A stretch of DNA of 64,000 nt from a virus (taxonomy: Duplodnaviria > Caudoviricetes), in the IMG/VR virus record IMGVR_UViG_3300022654_000689; one strand, 5' to 3'. Numbering within the stretch: the first letter of the stretch is position 1; each line of letters opens with the position of its first letter. Both the position numbers and the translations under genes were made by a program. Below are positions 41,001 through 51,275 of this stretch, piece by piece. The notes under the pieces are model-generated. The model was not told the origin of the DNA. It did no database searches and saw nothing but the letters and a program-made list of their open reading frames with translations.

Positions 41001-43692
41001 AGTTCATAAAGGTAATGACAAATATAAAGAAGGAACTGTAGAAATTGAATTAATGCACTCAGACAATATAGATAGTGAAAATTTTATACACCGAATTAAA
41101 ATTCAAACTGAAAAAGATATAGAAAATTTATATACAGGCGAATACCAAGTTTATATACCTAAAATTCAAAAATCTATAGATTTAAAAGAATTTAAATTAT
41201 TCGTAGAATACCCACTAGTAAATTCAACATATAGAATAGATAACTGTAATTACGTAATTAAAAGAGATTCTTTAAATCCTTCTAAATTATATATTAAATT
41301 AAAAAATTATATACTTAATAATATTGGATGCAATTTAGTTATAACTACAGTAGATGTCGACAAACAATTGTCGTATTATCTTGAAAATAACGGTGAAAAT
41401 AGTAAACCATATTATTATCTACCATTAATGAAATATGATGAAAATGGTAATTTGATGTATTATTATTGTGACGATATAAAAGCTTTTGATGTTGTAGTGA
41501 ATGGTTATACATTAATGCCTAATATCGATTATATGCTAGTTAATTATTATTTACATTCACACATGCCTTCATTTATTTTATTTAATGAAATACTTAAACC
41601 GGATACAAATGTAGAAATTATTTTTAATAATGAAGAAGTTTCTAATATAATTTCAATACCAGATAATGATACACCAAAAATTACAGTAGAAGATGGTTAC
41701 AATATGTTTATTGATGGTTGCTTTAGTATTTTTGTTGAAGGTAAAAAATTAAGAAGAGATCAATATATAATACTGGATCGACAAAATATTTATTTATTAG
41801 TAAGTAGTTATAAACGCGTATATATTAAATTTCAATATAAAGGTTATGAAAATTTATCATCTCTTGTTGAAATACTTTATGCAGCAAAAGATAAAACGAA
41901 AAATTCAAGTGAATTATATTATCAAATAACATATAACGATTATTTATCAAATATAGGAATTGAAGATGTTAAAAAAGAAGGAAAATTGTATTTAATTGAA
42001 GCTCATTCAGATAGATGTTTCAAAGATCAAAATGATGCTATATTTGATTGTAATATTGTTGACGATAAAATGTTTGATGTACATATAGATTGTGGAATAA
42101 ATTACGATCTTTCATATATAAATAATGATATAATAATAGATAGTAATGAATGTTATAATCGAAATGATTTTACTATGACCTCAATATTTACTAATGATAT
42201 TATGATAGAGCCTGAACGCAGAAATACGCCTCCTGAATTTACAGAACAACCTTCAGTAAAAGATATTAATGACGATGAGATTATGGTAGTATTTAGTATC
42301 AAAGATGCAGAATCTATTTTCTTTGATTATAAAATGTCTATAAATGAAGAAGAATTTAAGCCTATTGATAAGTATAATGTTGCAGGTAATAAAGTATTTG
42401 TATATATAAGCGGATTGAGTACTACGAGAGATCATACGGTTCAATTTTTAGTATCTGATGGTGAACTAAAAACTGAATCTGATATGATAGAAATAAACTT
42501 TAATATGAATTCCGCTATAAAATATCCAATATTTAACCAACAACCTAAACTAATAAGCTCACCTAATAAATTGGATGCTGAATTTTTTATAGATGCATTT
42601 GAACCGAATGGATATCCAATGTATTTATACATTTATATAAATGGTAGAGAATATAATTTAGGAACTTTTAGTACGGCCGTGAATGGTAATAAAATTAAAT
42701 GTGATAAATTTAAAAGTTATGGCGATTATACTGTAAATTTTAAATTGGTAAACATGTTTAATACTAAAATTTTTAAAAATTCTAGAGAACTTCATATAAA
42801 ATTAGTTAAAAATGAAAATCCTATATTAGGAAATTTTGTTATTGATAATATTAATCATAATGAAAAATATATAATTACACATGTACCTATAGCTGACGTT
42901 GATAGCGATATTAGAAATATGAAAGTTAACGTATTTTTAGATAATAATAAAGTATACAATAATTATGAGTATCTTATAGTTAAAGATATAGCATATGTTT
43001 TTGTAGATAACATAGCTCCTGGCAAACACAAAATTTATTTAGAAATAATTGACGATTATGAAAATATTGTAAAAACAGAAACTTGTAGTTTCGAATTATT
43101 TGATCTTTTCGAACCAATAGAAGATATTGGATATAATAAAGGTATTCATAATCTTGAATTGGATAAATTTGGAAATATAATATTTGAATACAGCGTTAAA
43201 GACCAAAATAATATGAGTTTAAAACATGAAATATCGTACAATAATTTTAAATTTATTGAAATAGACCCTATACGATATGATGATAATTATATATTTATGG
43301 GAAATATTGGTACTAAACTAAAAGAAATTAAAAATTTAAAAGTTAAAGTAACCAACGATGTTGGAAGTTATATTATTCTTGAATACCATGATACTATATT
43401 GCTACCGCTTAATGAACACATTAAATTTAACGGTAAACCTTATATAACTTCATTAAGTGCCAATAGAATTGAAATAGAATATTCTCCAATAAATTATGAT
43501 AATGATTTATTATACTTATATTATAGTTTAGATGATAAACCTTGGATAAGGGCTTATCCTAGATTGAAAAATAATGTAGGCGTTTATAGCTTTATCTTAG
43601 ATAACTTATCAAATGGTAAACATAGAATACGATTGAAAATAACAGATAAAATAACAACTGACATTAGCGATTATCTTGACTTTGAATTATAA
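38014..43692 (+). CDS. Very large virion structural protein (beta-propeller-like N-terminus, Ig/FN3-like C-terminal modules)
   Basis: 1892 aa, beta-rich. YIYAGSENGDITIFN is WD-like. The repeated VxVNG/IDG..Y elements are typical of jumbo-phage baseplate proteins. NTPPEF/ENPILG modules are also present. Confidence 0.6.
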   Translation: MSKTNNAIEAAVTPFNNFHKKSIIKDIPPLYLYKSKYDNVIYISYLDNGNCTIEIRDKDMHKIKNMQSRQLNENIIFIDETEDFLFCITENLKVYKYEKDKTYGLGMREEIDYGLNLLKMNDIYNNFFTSNDTYLILIINNNAFIINKITNKYFLYENIFNINDYTYLMVGPDKDEYVITKKSEKILIKPLHLNLDGIMEPLFIATTDNELIICCKHTNSYIDEKTFIRKLNYKYYAIVYKYNDNQETLEPYPYEIPEGYVPTCVEGFDKHAAFGLRNENISIEADQNKHLLLIVDIPNLLNNSANTEKENLKLDITRHKQYSTKFKNSNFVSVTRDNTYIYAGSENGDITIFNINDFYDTSSQYRIITKRNEDFVITQYEDYLSYIPGNTTELTYLGNSSFYINNACNGRLNFIYVDGYYLYAASKNNHDITVYIRDVKPSIVKDSDKIYTYVKDSSYMINYSATIDHDDKLIQSRYRFSLIINGKTTIIKDWSTYYYSRYKIKEKLEVNLKNLDYYNCKLLIEVEDINGVKVDSEYELDMLLDKECRLFSNKIIIPYKTIPDKDLTLKYSFYILNNDTLELIEHDEFNILSTHNTEWNVTIAEDKCKKLDADGNLIDIIIPHINTTPVNIHNFDYIEIYKPEITDNIKKKILYLTYTFEAKDENWSKRYPENDEYYIYDLSEFYKPKAIAKADGGISNIDKFNILDLSYGPGIETVQSLLFKGESGNKYEMTITNEGNIALNKVITSSENIVDNIKLCFRVNDNSKYDFGIKSPDGKIWDFDIISNSNGRHKHKYLVPYYVDNENTLRNLYGMKYKLRNDSSSEEKIITENVAKYLVGKTIYLYSSSSYTFTNGLERENLFLYKKDYDYDNIENIVKALSNPIKSSIIRDNELEKYKLTDKYDKYGEPTNNKNKIGYTMHPNGLAEETFKDHSHYFNVYIDGLKLPYKYIESDTDKRGEYSVKFEYDNTKETSFIIDSDKNKLINYDDTSYNNLVHKGNDKYKEGTVEIELMHSDNIDSENFIHRIKIQTEKDIENLYTGEYQVYIPKIQKSIDLKEFKLFVEYPLVNSTYRIDNCNYVIKRDSLNPSKLYIKLKNYILNNIGCNLVITTVDVDKQLSYYLENNGENSKPYYYLPLMKYDENGNLMYYYCDDIKAFDVVVNGYTLMPNIDYMLVNYYLHSHMPSFILFNEILKPDTNVEIIFNNEEVSNIISIPDNDTPKITVEDGYNMFIDGCFSIFVEGKKLRRDQYIILDRQNIYLLVSSYKRVYIKFQYKGYENLSSLVEILYAAKDKTKNSSELYYQITYNDYLSNIGIEDVKKEGKLYLIEAHSDRCFKDQNDAIFDCNIVDDKMFDVHIDCGINYDLSYINNDIIIDSNECYNRNDFTMTSIFTNDIMIEPERRNTPPEFTEQPSVKDINDDEIMVVFSIKDAESIFFDYKMSINEEEFKPIDKYNVAGNKVFVYISGLSTTRDHTVQFLVSDGELKTESDMIEINFNMNSAIKYPIFNQQPKLISSPNKLDAEFFIDAFEPNGYPMYLYIYINGREYNLGTFSTAVNGNKIKCDKFKSYGDYTVNFKLVNMFNTKIFKNSRELHIKLVKNENPILGNFVIDNINHNEKYIITHVPIADVDSDIRNMKVNVFLDNNKVYNNYEYLIVKDIAYVFVDNIAPGKHKIYLEIIDDYENIVKTETCSFELFDLFEPIEDIGYNKGIHNLELDKFGNIIFEYSVKDQNNMSLKHEISYNNFKFIEIDPIRYDDNYIFMGNIGTKLKEIKNLKVKVTNDVGSYIILEYHDTILLPLNEHIKFNGKPYITSLSANRIEIEYSPINYDNDLLYLYYSLDDKPWIRAYPRLKNNVGVYSFILDNLSNGKHRIRLKITDKITTDISDYLDFEL

Positions 43693-43694
43693 AT

Positions 43695-43729
43695 ATAGTA
43701 TGTTTGGGTTTTCATCCCAAACATACTAT
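43695..43729. terminator. 14-bp hairpin overlapping an AACA-N6-TA promoter motif
   Basis: atagtatgtttggg-ttttcat-cccaaacatactat. Confidence 0.7.
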
Positions 43730-43731
43730 TA
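43720..43731 (+). promoter_or_regulatory. AACA-N6-TA promoter motif (43768 ORF)
   Basis: aaca-tactat-ta, in the 3' arm of a hairpin. Confidence 0.55.
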
Positions 43732-43767
43732 TAATATAATAAGATATTAAATAAAGGGGGGTTTTTA

Positions 43768-45282
43768 ATGGCGGATAGTATTTTTGATTTACCTGAAAAC
43801 CGAGACGGTAAACTTGAAAATTTAGGAATTCCTTCAAATAAAACTAGAAATAATCAAACTACGGCTGCTGATTTTGATGTATATTATGATTTATCTAAAT
43901 CCATGTATACTAAAAATGCAGTTAATAAAACTTTCGCTTATAGATCACAAAGAGATAGTTTTGAATTTCAAAATATGTTTAGCGGTCTAGTTCAATCTAT
44001 GTTATCTAAAGAAATGATGTTAAGTTTAGCTAATAACAATAAAATAGAAGAAGTAATAGAAAAAGCTCACGATCAAAATACAGATTTATTAATATGCGGT
44101 AAATTAGGTATTGAACCACCTATGATAGTTACAGCATGTGATAATATGTCTACAGCTGAAGGAGTTTTAGTAAGATTTTGTACTCCAAAAGGCGATAATT
44201 TTATTACATTTAACAGAGAATATGTTGGCGGCATTATGCGAAGTGTTGCTAAAGGCCTATATATTGATGGTGAATATATTATTAACTTTGATGGAAGATT
44301 GCGAAAATCGCCACTAATAGATGATATTTTGAATAATATGGTAAGAAAAAAAGAAATATTTGATATTAATGATAATATTTTAAATAAACATATAAAATAT
44401 ATTATGTATAAACCTGGAACTCGTTTAGATAATCATATTAAAAATATTATAACTGAAGATGATAAATTTATTCATGTAACAGAAGAAGAAAAAAAAATTT
44501 GGAATAGTAAATATTATAAACCAGCAAACGGCATTCCTAAAGAAGATTTAGAAAAAAATCTTAGTAATGAAATCGATGTTGCATATAAACATGCTTTAAC
44601 TTCTTCATTACATGTAAGTGTTCAAGATAGACGCTCATGGGACAATAAATTTGATTTGCCACCAACAGGAATTGATCAATACCATTTATCATTAAAATTA
44701 CAAGATAAAATAAATAATATGGTAATATGGAATCAACTAATAGATATTGAAGAAGGAAAAATAAAAAAAGATCTTTTACCAGATATGGATCTTGATATAG
44801 ATTTTGATAAATATCTAGAACGAGAAATATATGAAAAATTTTTAGAAGAAGAATGGAAACCACATTCAAACCCAGCTAATATAAGACATGTTTTAGATGG
44901 AGAAAGAGATGTATGGAATGGTAAATACCATAAACCTGATGATGGCATACCTGAAACTGATTTACAAAAAGAATTAGCTGATAAAATAAATAAAGCTGTT
45001 CAATCAGATTATCTTTTTAATTATTATTATAATGGTGATATTAAAATAAAAGATAAATTTTTACCTGTTGAGCTAGGTTCAATTATATCACATATCCGTA
45101 ATGAAAAAATACATTTAACTGAAATAGAAAAGGAACACGTACAACGTATAGGAGATCCATCAACTTTAAATACTACTAGCAAAACTGTAGTTAGTGCTAT
45201 AAATGAATTACTTATTACTATTAATAATTTACGTAATGAAGTAAATAAATTAAGAGCAGAATCACATCTTAAAATTAAATAA
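43768..45282 (+). CDS. Tail fibre-like protein with His-containing repeats
   Basis: Four H-x5/6-HV(T/S/L)xxE(K/R)xxW-type repeats, KPxxGIPxxDL twice, and IGDPSTLNTTSKTVVSAINEL, a fibre-type motif. Confidence 0.65.
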   Translation: MADSIFDLPENRDGKLENLGIPSNKTRNNQTTAADFDVYYDLSKSMYTKNAVNKTFAYRSQRDSFEFQNMFSGLVQSMLSKEMMLSLANNNKIEEVIEKAHDQNTDLLICGKLGIEPPMIVTACDNMSTAEGVLVRFCTPKGDNFITFNREYVGGIMRSVAKGLYIDGEYIINFDGRLRKSPLIDDILNNMVRKKEIFDINDNILNKHIKYIMYKPGTRLDNHIKNIITEDDKFIHVTEEEKKIWNSKYYKPANGIPKEDLEKNLSNEIDVAYKHALTSSLHVSVQDRRSWDNKFDLPPTGIDQYHLSLKLQDKINNMVIWNQLIDIEEGKIKKDLLPDMDLDIDFDKYLEREIYEKFLEEEWKPHSNPANIRHVLDGERDVWNGKYHKPDDGIPETDLQKELADKINKAVQSDYLFNYYYNGDIKIKDKFLPVELGSIISHIRNEKIHLTEIEKEHVQRIGDPSTLNTTSKTVVSAINELLITINNLRNEVNKLRAESHLKIK

Positions 45283-45306
45283 TATTTTTTTATAAAAAAA
45301 AATATT

Positions 45307-45318
45307 AACATATACATA
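45307..45318 (+). promoter_or_regulatory. AACA-N6-TA promoter motif (45358 ORF)
   Basis: aaca-tataca-ta. Confidence 0.6.
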
Positions 45319-45357
45319 TTGAAATAAAAACTTATTAATTATTAGGAGGAACGTATT

Positions 45358-45834
45358 ATGGAAAATTCAATAGAAATATCAAGAGTAGGAGAATGTTTAT
45401 TAAACGAAGTTGCTGAAATGGAATCATATCAAAATGAATTAAAAAATAGAATGGATGAAGCTAATAAAAAAGTTCAAGATATACATAGAGCTATGGATGA
45501 AAATAGAGGTCAAGCTGAAGCAATAAAAATAAAAGCAGATCAACTAACTGAATTAGCTAATGAATTTGAAGAGGAAGATGTAAAATCTAAAATACTTGAA
45601 AAAAGAGATGCACAACTTGAAGGTCTAAATCCATTAAATGATGAATTAAAAAATTATGAAGCTAAAATATTAGAAATAGAAAATGATTTTGAATCACTAA
45701 ATAATTTATATCATACTGCAGAATATGGTAAAAATATATTACTTGCTTTTGGAGTTAAATATGGTTTTTTAATAAAAAAAGGTGAAGCTTCTGAAAACGA
45801 AGCTGATACACCTAATAATGTAGTTGAAGAATAG
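45358..45834 (+). CDS. Coiled-coil hypothetical protein
   Basis: Acidic heptad-rich ORF; SD AGGAGG; AACA-N6-TA upstream. Confidence 0.7.
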   Translation: MENSIEISRVGECLLNEVAEMESYQNELKNRMDEANKKVQDIHRAMDENRGQAEAIKIKADQLTELANEFEEEDVKSKILEKRDAQLEGLNPLNDELKNYEAKILEIENDFESLNNLYHTAEYGKNILLAFGVKYGFLIKKGEASENEADTPNNVVEE

Positions 45835-45845
45835 TAGGTGAAAGT

Positions 45846-46253
45846 GTGGCACAAGTAACTAATTTTAATAGTAATAATACCGAAAATGGTTGGATTTATA
45901 AGTATTTTAGTGAAAAAATTAATAAAATAGAAACTGATATTGTGGAACTTATGAACACTGTTGAACAAGCTTACAGTGATATGAAAATAAGTTTAAATGA
46001 ATATCAAACATTAATTAAAAATATAAATAGTAAATGTAGTGTTGAACTTTATAATACACATGTAAGTAATAATTCATTGCATGTAAGTTCTACTGAAAAA
46101 GCTATATGGAATTCTAAGTTAGATCTAGATGAAATAAAAGAAATTTCAGTCAATATAAATGCTGAAACTGGAACTCCATATGAAATTAACATTATACCGA
46201 AAGGCGATGGTAGAGACACATATATCATCCCAATTAAATATAATGTACAATAA
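45846..46253 (+). CDS. Fibre-associated protein sharing the His repeat of 43768..45282
   Basis: HVSNNSLHVSSTEKAIWNSK. Confidence 0.6.
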   Translation: MAQVTNFNSNNTENGWIYKYFSEKINKIETDIVELMNTVEQAYSDMKISLNEYQTLIKNINSKCSVELYNTHVSNNSLHVSSTEKAIWNSKLDLDEIKEISVNINAETGTPYEINIIPKGDGRDTYIIPIKYNVQ

Positions 46254-46256
46254 AAT

Positions 46257-46290
46257 AAGGAAGTAGAATCTGTATGATTCTACTTCCTTT
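46257..46290 (+). terminator. Rho-independent terminator-like hairpin
   Basis: aaggaagtagaatc-tgtat-gattctacttccttt. Confidence 0.75.
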
Positions 46291-46305
46291 CAATTTTCGT
46301 CGGAG

Positions 46306-48522
46306 GTGAAAAATTTGAATTATAATAAAATAGAAGTAACTCCAAATGACATAAATGACTATAAAACTGTAAAAATAAATTGTAATGCTGAATTTAAACC
46401 ATTAAGTAATTTTTATAACATAAAAAAAGTAATAGATAAAAATCCATTTGATATTAAGGATGAAGACAAATGGTATTATTATTTACCATCAGTTAATGAA
46501 ATTTCCTATCCAAATCATCCTCTAGAATATTTAGATAAATTTAATATATACGACGAATCAACTATTACTATAGAAGATGGCGAAAAAGTACTAATAAGAA
46601 ATATTGGACGAAGAAAACCCCCAACTCCAATAATTAAAATTTTTTGGCATGATGATCATTTGGATATTAACATTGTTAATTATAATGAAAAATATATAAC
46701 TCGTGTAATTATAGATGGAACTCTTCAAAAAAATAATAATGAAAGTAATTTATATTCTATATATAATGAAGGAACTCATATTGTTTATATTGAATATGTT
46801 GATGAAGAAACATTGGAAATGAGTTATATTACAAAAAGAATAGAATATGAGAAAAAATATAAAGTCCCAGCCCCAAATATAATGCATGAAGACAGCAAAG
46901 CTACAATATTTTATCATCCAGAATCTCAAAATAGAGAAAATTATTACAAAATTGGCAATAATGAATTTAGAGCAAAATCTTTAAAAGAAGAAATAGTGTT
47001 AAATAATAATGAAACAGTAACAGCTTACACAATTAATACGGATTTAAATGACAAACTACTATATGAAGCGTCTAATAGTTTTCCAGAAAAAATATCAGAA
47101 AAATGTACGCTTCCTAACACTGATAGTAATTGGAAAGACACATATAATGATTATAAAAAATATAATAAATTATGGAATATAGAGTACATGTCGTTACCAG
47201 AAATTAGAGAGCTAAATAAAGGTCATGAATATTTTGAAAATTATGTTAAAGTATTTAAGAATATAAGTCTAGACGATATTTCAATTAAACCTGAAATAAT
47301 CGGTCTTAATTCAAAAGATAATGTTTTTTCGTGTTTTCCTCATGTAAAGCGATATCCGGGATGTAATTATTATTCGTATCTTAATAGAGATATTTATGAA
47401 CTAGGACAACCTATTGACAATATTTATAGTCCTATACGAAAAAATATAGATCTAATAGTGGGATGTGAGTATCAGCTGCAAAATGATGGAGAAATTAGAA
47501 GATCAGAAACTAGAATCAGTGATGCAATGATAGATACAACATTTCCTGCGTATCCTAAATTGACAGAAGATATTGAAAGTATAATGGTTGAACCTTTTGA
47601 GATAGATATTATTAGAGAAAAAGATGTTAATGGAGAATATATAAATTATAAAGCTAAATTAAATAATGAAGAGTGGAACTTAGATAAAAAAGTTAAAGAT
47701 CGCTATATATTAGAAGATGGAGAATATATGTTAGATATGTTTGCATTTAAAAAGTCTAACGGAACATTTAGACATAGAAGCTCATACTTCACAATTAATA
47801 CGTTTCAACATGTACCACTTCAGCCGCTTAAAACTAAAATTGTACCTCTTAAAATAACAAATAGCCCAACTACAGGCACTGAAGGTGAATTAGTTTTAGA
47901 TTCAAATTCAGGACATTATGGAGTAGTTCGTAAAATAGATGGAGATAATAAAATTTGTTCTCCAACATGTATTTTATCTTCAGAATTGTTAAAATTAGAA
48001 GAAATGAGTAATGACATAAGCAAAATGTATTTAAATTCTAAAAATAGATTAAATACACTATTAGAGCGATACAATATTAATAGTGAAAATATGATAAATG
48101 TATTTAGCGGGGAAAATTGGGATAATATCAAAGAAAGTATTATAGACGATGAAATTACTGAAATATATACAGAGATCGGTATTTTGAAAAAAAGTTATAA
48201 TGGAATAACGTGTATAGACCAGATTGGAAAAAATAAAACTCTTTTAGGTTCGTTTATTATACCTAGAATAAAAAACTTATCTATTAAAGTGGATGAGTGT
48301 AAAAATATTCTTGAAGACGATAAAAAATCTGCATTTAGAATAGTTAGAAATTTAATACTACTAACGTTTAGTGAATTACGAGAAATTATACGTGAAAATT
48401 ATGAGTTCGGAGAAAATTTAAAAAATTATTTAGATCTATCATTTGAAGAATATAAACAAAAAGAAATTGATAAATTTAATGCTATAAAAACTGAAATAGA
48501 AAAAGGTGATTATGATGAGTGA
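46306..48522 (+). CDS. Probable virion structural protein
   Basis: 738 aa, with likely start TTG 46315. It has the motif EGELVLDSNSGH followed by a coiled coil, shared with the next ORF. Confidence 0.6.
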   Translation: MKNLNYNKIEVTPNDINDYKTVKINCNAEFKPLSNFYNIKKVIDKNPFDIKDEDKWYYYLPSVNEISYPNHPLEYLDKFNIYDESTITIEDGEKVLIRNIGRRKPPTPIIKIFWHDDHLDINIVNYNEKYITRVIIDGTLQKNNNESNLYSIYNEGTHIVYIEYVDEETLEMSYITKRIEYEKKYKVPAPNIMHEDSKATIFYHPESQNRENYYKIGNNEFRAKSLKEEIVLNNNETVTAYTINTDLNDKLLYEASNSFPEKISEKCTLPNTDSNWKDTYNDYKKYNKLWNIEYMSLPEIRELNKGHEYFENYVKVFKNISLDDISIKPEIIGLNSKDNVFSCFPHVKRYPGCNYYSYLNRDIYELGQPIDNIYSPIRKNIDLIVGCEYQLQNDGEIRRSETRISDAMIDTTFPAYPKLTEDIESIMVEPFEIDIIREKDVNGEYINYKAKLNNEEWNLDKKVKDRYILEDGEYMLDMFAFKKSNGTFRHRSSYFTINTFQHVPLQPLKTKIVPLKITNSPTTGTEGELVLDSNSGHYGVVRKIDGDNKICSPTCILSSELLKLEEMSNDISKMYLNSKNRLNTLLERYNINSENMINVFSGENWDNIKESIIDDEITEIYTEIGILKKSYNGITCIDQIGKNKTLLGSFIIPRIKNLSIKVDECKNILEDDKKSAFRIVRNLILLTFSELREIIRENYEFGENLKNYLDLSFEEYKQKEIDKFNAIKTEIEKGDYDE

Positions 48523-49177
48523 TTCACATAAAGTAAGAGTTAAACATTTAACTGAAGAGAATACTCGTGAAGCCATAGAAGGTGAAATGATTATATCTCA
48601 AGTGTCTGGACACATTTCAGTAAAAGATCTATATTTTGTAAATAGTTCAACAAAAGATATAGCTGCTAGAAATAGCGCATTAAATAATTTTTATGATTAT
48701 GTAGCAACAGATATTAATCAATTAAACAAAGAAGTTATAAATTTTAATAAATCGGTTAATCGTCTTAATAATTGCGATATAAAAAGAGAAACTGATTTGA
48801 ACTTAGCAGATACAAAAGAAAAAGTAGAATCAATATATCATGATGCGTCTAATTTAGAAAAAAAGATAATAGACTATATAGAAATATATACTGAAATTGA
48901 AAAAACTGTTAAACAAATAGAATTAACATGCAGACGTTTTCAAAACATGTATCAGTATATATTACAACAAAGACATATTTTTCACGAAAATAATGATACT
49001 ATGGAATATGACTATAATATGAATATAGATGTTTATAAGAAAAATATAATAGAATTTAGAATAGAGATGTTAAAAAAATACATAGCTCTTGCAGAGGAAT
49101 ATCCAAAAGCATTAATTGAATTTGAAGGCACGGATGTATTAAAATTAAAAGATTATTTATCGGATCTAAATTTATAG
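48512..49177 (+). CDS. Probable virion protein, paralog of the C-terminal part of 46306..48522
   Basis: AIEGEMIISQVSGHISV followed by a coiled coil. Confidence 0.6.
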   Translation: MMSDSHKVRVKHLTEENTREAIEGEMIISQVSGHISVKDLYFVNSSTKDIAARNSALNNFYDYVATDINQLNKEVINFNKSVNRLNNCDIKRETDLNLADTKEKVESIYHDASNLEKKIIDYIEIYTEIEKTVKQIELTCRRFQNMYQYILQQRHIFHENNDTMEYDYNMNIDVYKKNIIEFRIEMLKKYIALAEEYPKALIEFEGTDVLKLKDYLSDLNL

Positions 49178-49207
49178 AATTTAAAGGAAAGGAGATGTAA
49201 TAAAACT

Positions 49208-50008
49208 ATGGGGCGATTTAAATATATTCCGCAAGAATATAATCTTAAAGATGAAAATAGTAAAGAAAAAGCTATAAAAGATTCAGATTTATGGGAAATT
49301 AATATTAAAAGAAATGGTAAAATTGTTGATAATACTTTAATGGTTTATAATGATTATAAAATTCCTTTAGATGTTACTGAAAATTTAGCTAATGATATTA
49401 AAGATATAAATGAAAAAATATATGGATTATATCAAACAATGGAACAAACAAATGATTTATTAGAATCTACATCAGACTTATATGAAATATTTGAAAATAA
49501 AGTGTTCGGAAAAGCTCTTTACGATTATGAAACTTGCAAGTTTAATAATCCTGTTATAGAACCTATGCCAAAACCTAATGGTGATAGTAAATTTAATTTA
49601 AATGAAATTAAATATCTAGACATGATAAAATCATGGCACGAATATAATAAGCATTATATATCAAAACAGTATGAATTTATAAATGATCTTTCATTTAAAA
49701 GACTTACTGAATTTACACATAAATCTGATATAGAAATTGCACAAGAAATTTCTAATAAAACAGAAAATACAAATTACGAAATTAAAGATGACGAATCGGA
49801 CGTTGAATATGAACTAAATATTATTATGGAAAATTATTCGAATGATATTAGAAAAATAGTAGCAGATGTTGATTACTGGAATGAACGCAGACGTAATTTA
49901 AAAAAAATTAAGGATAACATAATTGAAAAAGAAAATAAAATGAAAAAAGATTATATGATGAATATCACGTTATCTCATAGAGAAAATGGTGGTGATAAAA
50001 AACAATGA
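49208..50008 (+). CDS. Hypothetical coiled-coil protein
   Basis: 266 aa; SD AAGGAG. Confidence 0.65.
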   Translation: MGRFKYIPQEYNLKDENSKEKAIKDSDLWEINIKRNGKIVDNTLMVYNDYKIPLDVTENLANDIKDINEKIYGLYQTMEQTNDLLESTSDLYEIFENKVFGKALYDYETCKFNNPVIEPMPKPNGDSKFNLNEIKYLDMIKSWHEYNKHYISKQYEFINDLSFKRLTEFTHKSDIEIAQEISNKTENTNYEIKDDESDVEYELNIIMENYSNDIRKIVADVDYWNERRRNLKKIKDNIIEKENKMKKDYMMNITLSHRENGGDKKQ

Positions 50009-51246
50009 TAATAAACCATATCGAGCTAAGTGGAAATAAAGAATTTATTGAAAAAGGACTTAAACCCGTAATGATTGTTGTACGCGATACAAACGGAAAA
50101 TCCATATTTGATTTAAATAATGAAAAAATATTAAATGGAAAACTAATGTTAGAAAGCCATTATTTTATTAAAAAAGACGGAACTATTTTAAAAGTAAGAG
50201 ACGAAGACATGTTTACCGAATTAGATCGTCCATTATTTAATAAATATGTGTTACTTATAGACATAGAAGGTGATTTCAACACAGAAACAATGGATCATAC
50301 TAGAGGAAATTCATTAGTAAAATTAGTACATACTATTAGAGAAAAATACAGTCATCTTAATAAAATAGTACCATACCATGATATATATCCTCAAAGTAAA
50401 ACACCCGGAAGCAACTTTCCAATATCATATATTAATGAATTAATTAATGATAATGATAAACATTATGTAAAAGTTAATAAAAATTCACCATCAAGTAATC
50501 CATTTTTAATTAATAAAACTGAAACCATATATAAAACTCGTAAATTATTTTTAAATTCACCATATTTATCAGGTAGTGATGTTTCTACATTAAAATATAA
50601 ATTAGCAGAATTAGGATTTGATGTAGACGTGGATACTGATGCTTATGACGAATCTTTAGTTACAGTTATAAATATACTTAGGAAAAAATTAGGTTTGCCC
50701 CAAAATGGTATAGCGACTATAGATTTAATGGAAGAGATAGATGCAATGGTGAATGCTATGAATTTAAAAGATGATACAGCAGCTTCAGTTCAGTTTACAA
50801 GAATGTTAATGCTTACAACACCATATACCAAGGGAATTGACGTAAGACAAGTTCAAATGATATTAAAAGCTAATAATTTTTATAATGGTGAAATAAGTGA
50901 TACCTATGACGTTTATACATCAGAAGCAGTAAAACTTTTTCAAGATGCAAACAATATGGATGTAAATGGTATAGTTACATTAGATGTTTGGAAAAAACTT
51001 TCCAAATTGGCTATTGTTAAATTTACAAGATTAATATATCTTACAACACCCAATATGACAGGAGATGATATATTAGCAATACAAAATAGATTACTGTCAT
51101 TGGGATACAGCAGTACAGAACTTAGTGGTATTTATGATATGCACACAGAAAGTATTATTAAAGATTTTCAAAAAAATAATAGCATTAAAACTGATGGAAA
51201 AATAACAAAAACTGTTTTCAATATATTATTTAAAATAAAAGAATAA
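50005..51246 (+). CDS. Amidase_2-like domain (catalytic residues degenerate) plus three peptidoglycan-binding domains
   Basis: SHYFIKKDGTI, IDIEGDF and SKTPG. Three GxDVxxLQxxL..AVKxFQ..NGIV PG_binding_1-type repeats follow. Confidence 0.78.
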   Translation: MIINHIELSGNKEFIEKGLKPVMIVVRDTNGKSIFDLNNEKILNGKLMLESHYFIKKDGTILKVRDEDMFTELDRPLFNKYVLLIDIEGDFNTETMDHTRGNSLVKLVHTIREKYSHLNKIVPYHDIYPQSKTPGSNFPISYINELINDNDKHYVKVNKNSPSSNPFLINKTETIYKTRKLFLNSPYLSGSDVSTLKYKLAELGFDVDVDTDAYDESLVTVINILRKKLGLPQNGIATIDLMEEIDAMVNAMNLKDDTAASVQFTRMLMLTTPYTKGIDVRQVQMILKANNFYNGEISDTYDVYTSEAVKLFQDANNMDVNGIVTLDVWKKLSKLAIVKFTRLIYLTTPNMTGDDILAIQNRLLSLGYSSTELSGIYDMHTESIIKDFQKNNSIKTDGKITKTVFNILFKIKE

Positions 51247-51270
51247 CTATAAAGTTATTCTTTTATTTTA
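51231..51270. terminator. Bidirectional terminator between convergent genes
   Basis: taaaataaaagaataact-ataa-agttattcttttatttta. Confidence 0.8.
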
Positions 51271-51275
51271 AATAA

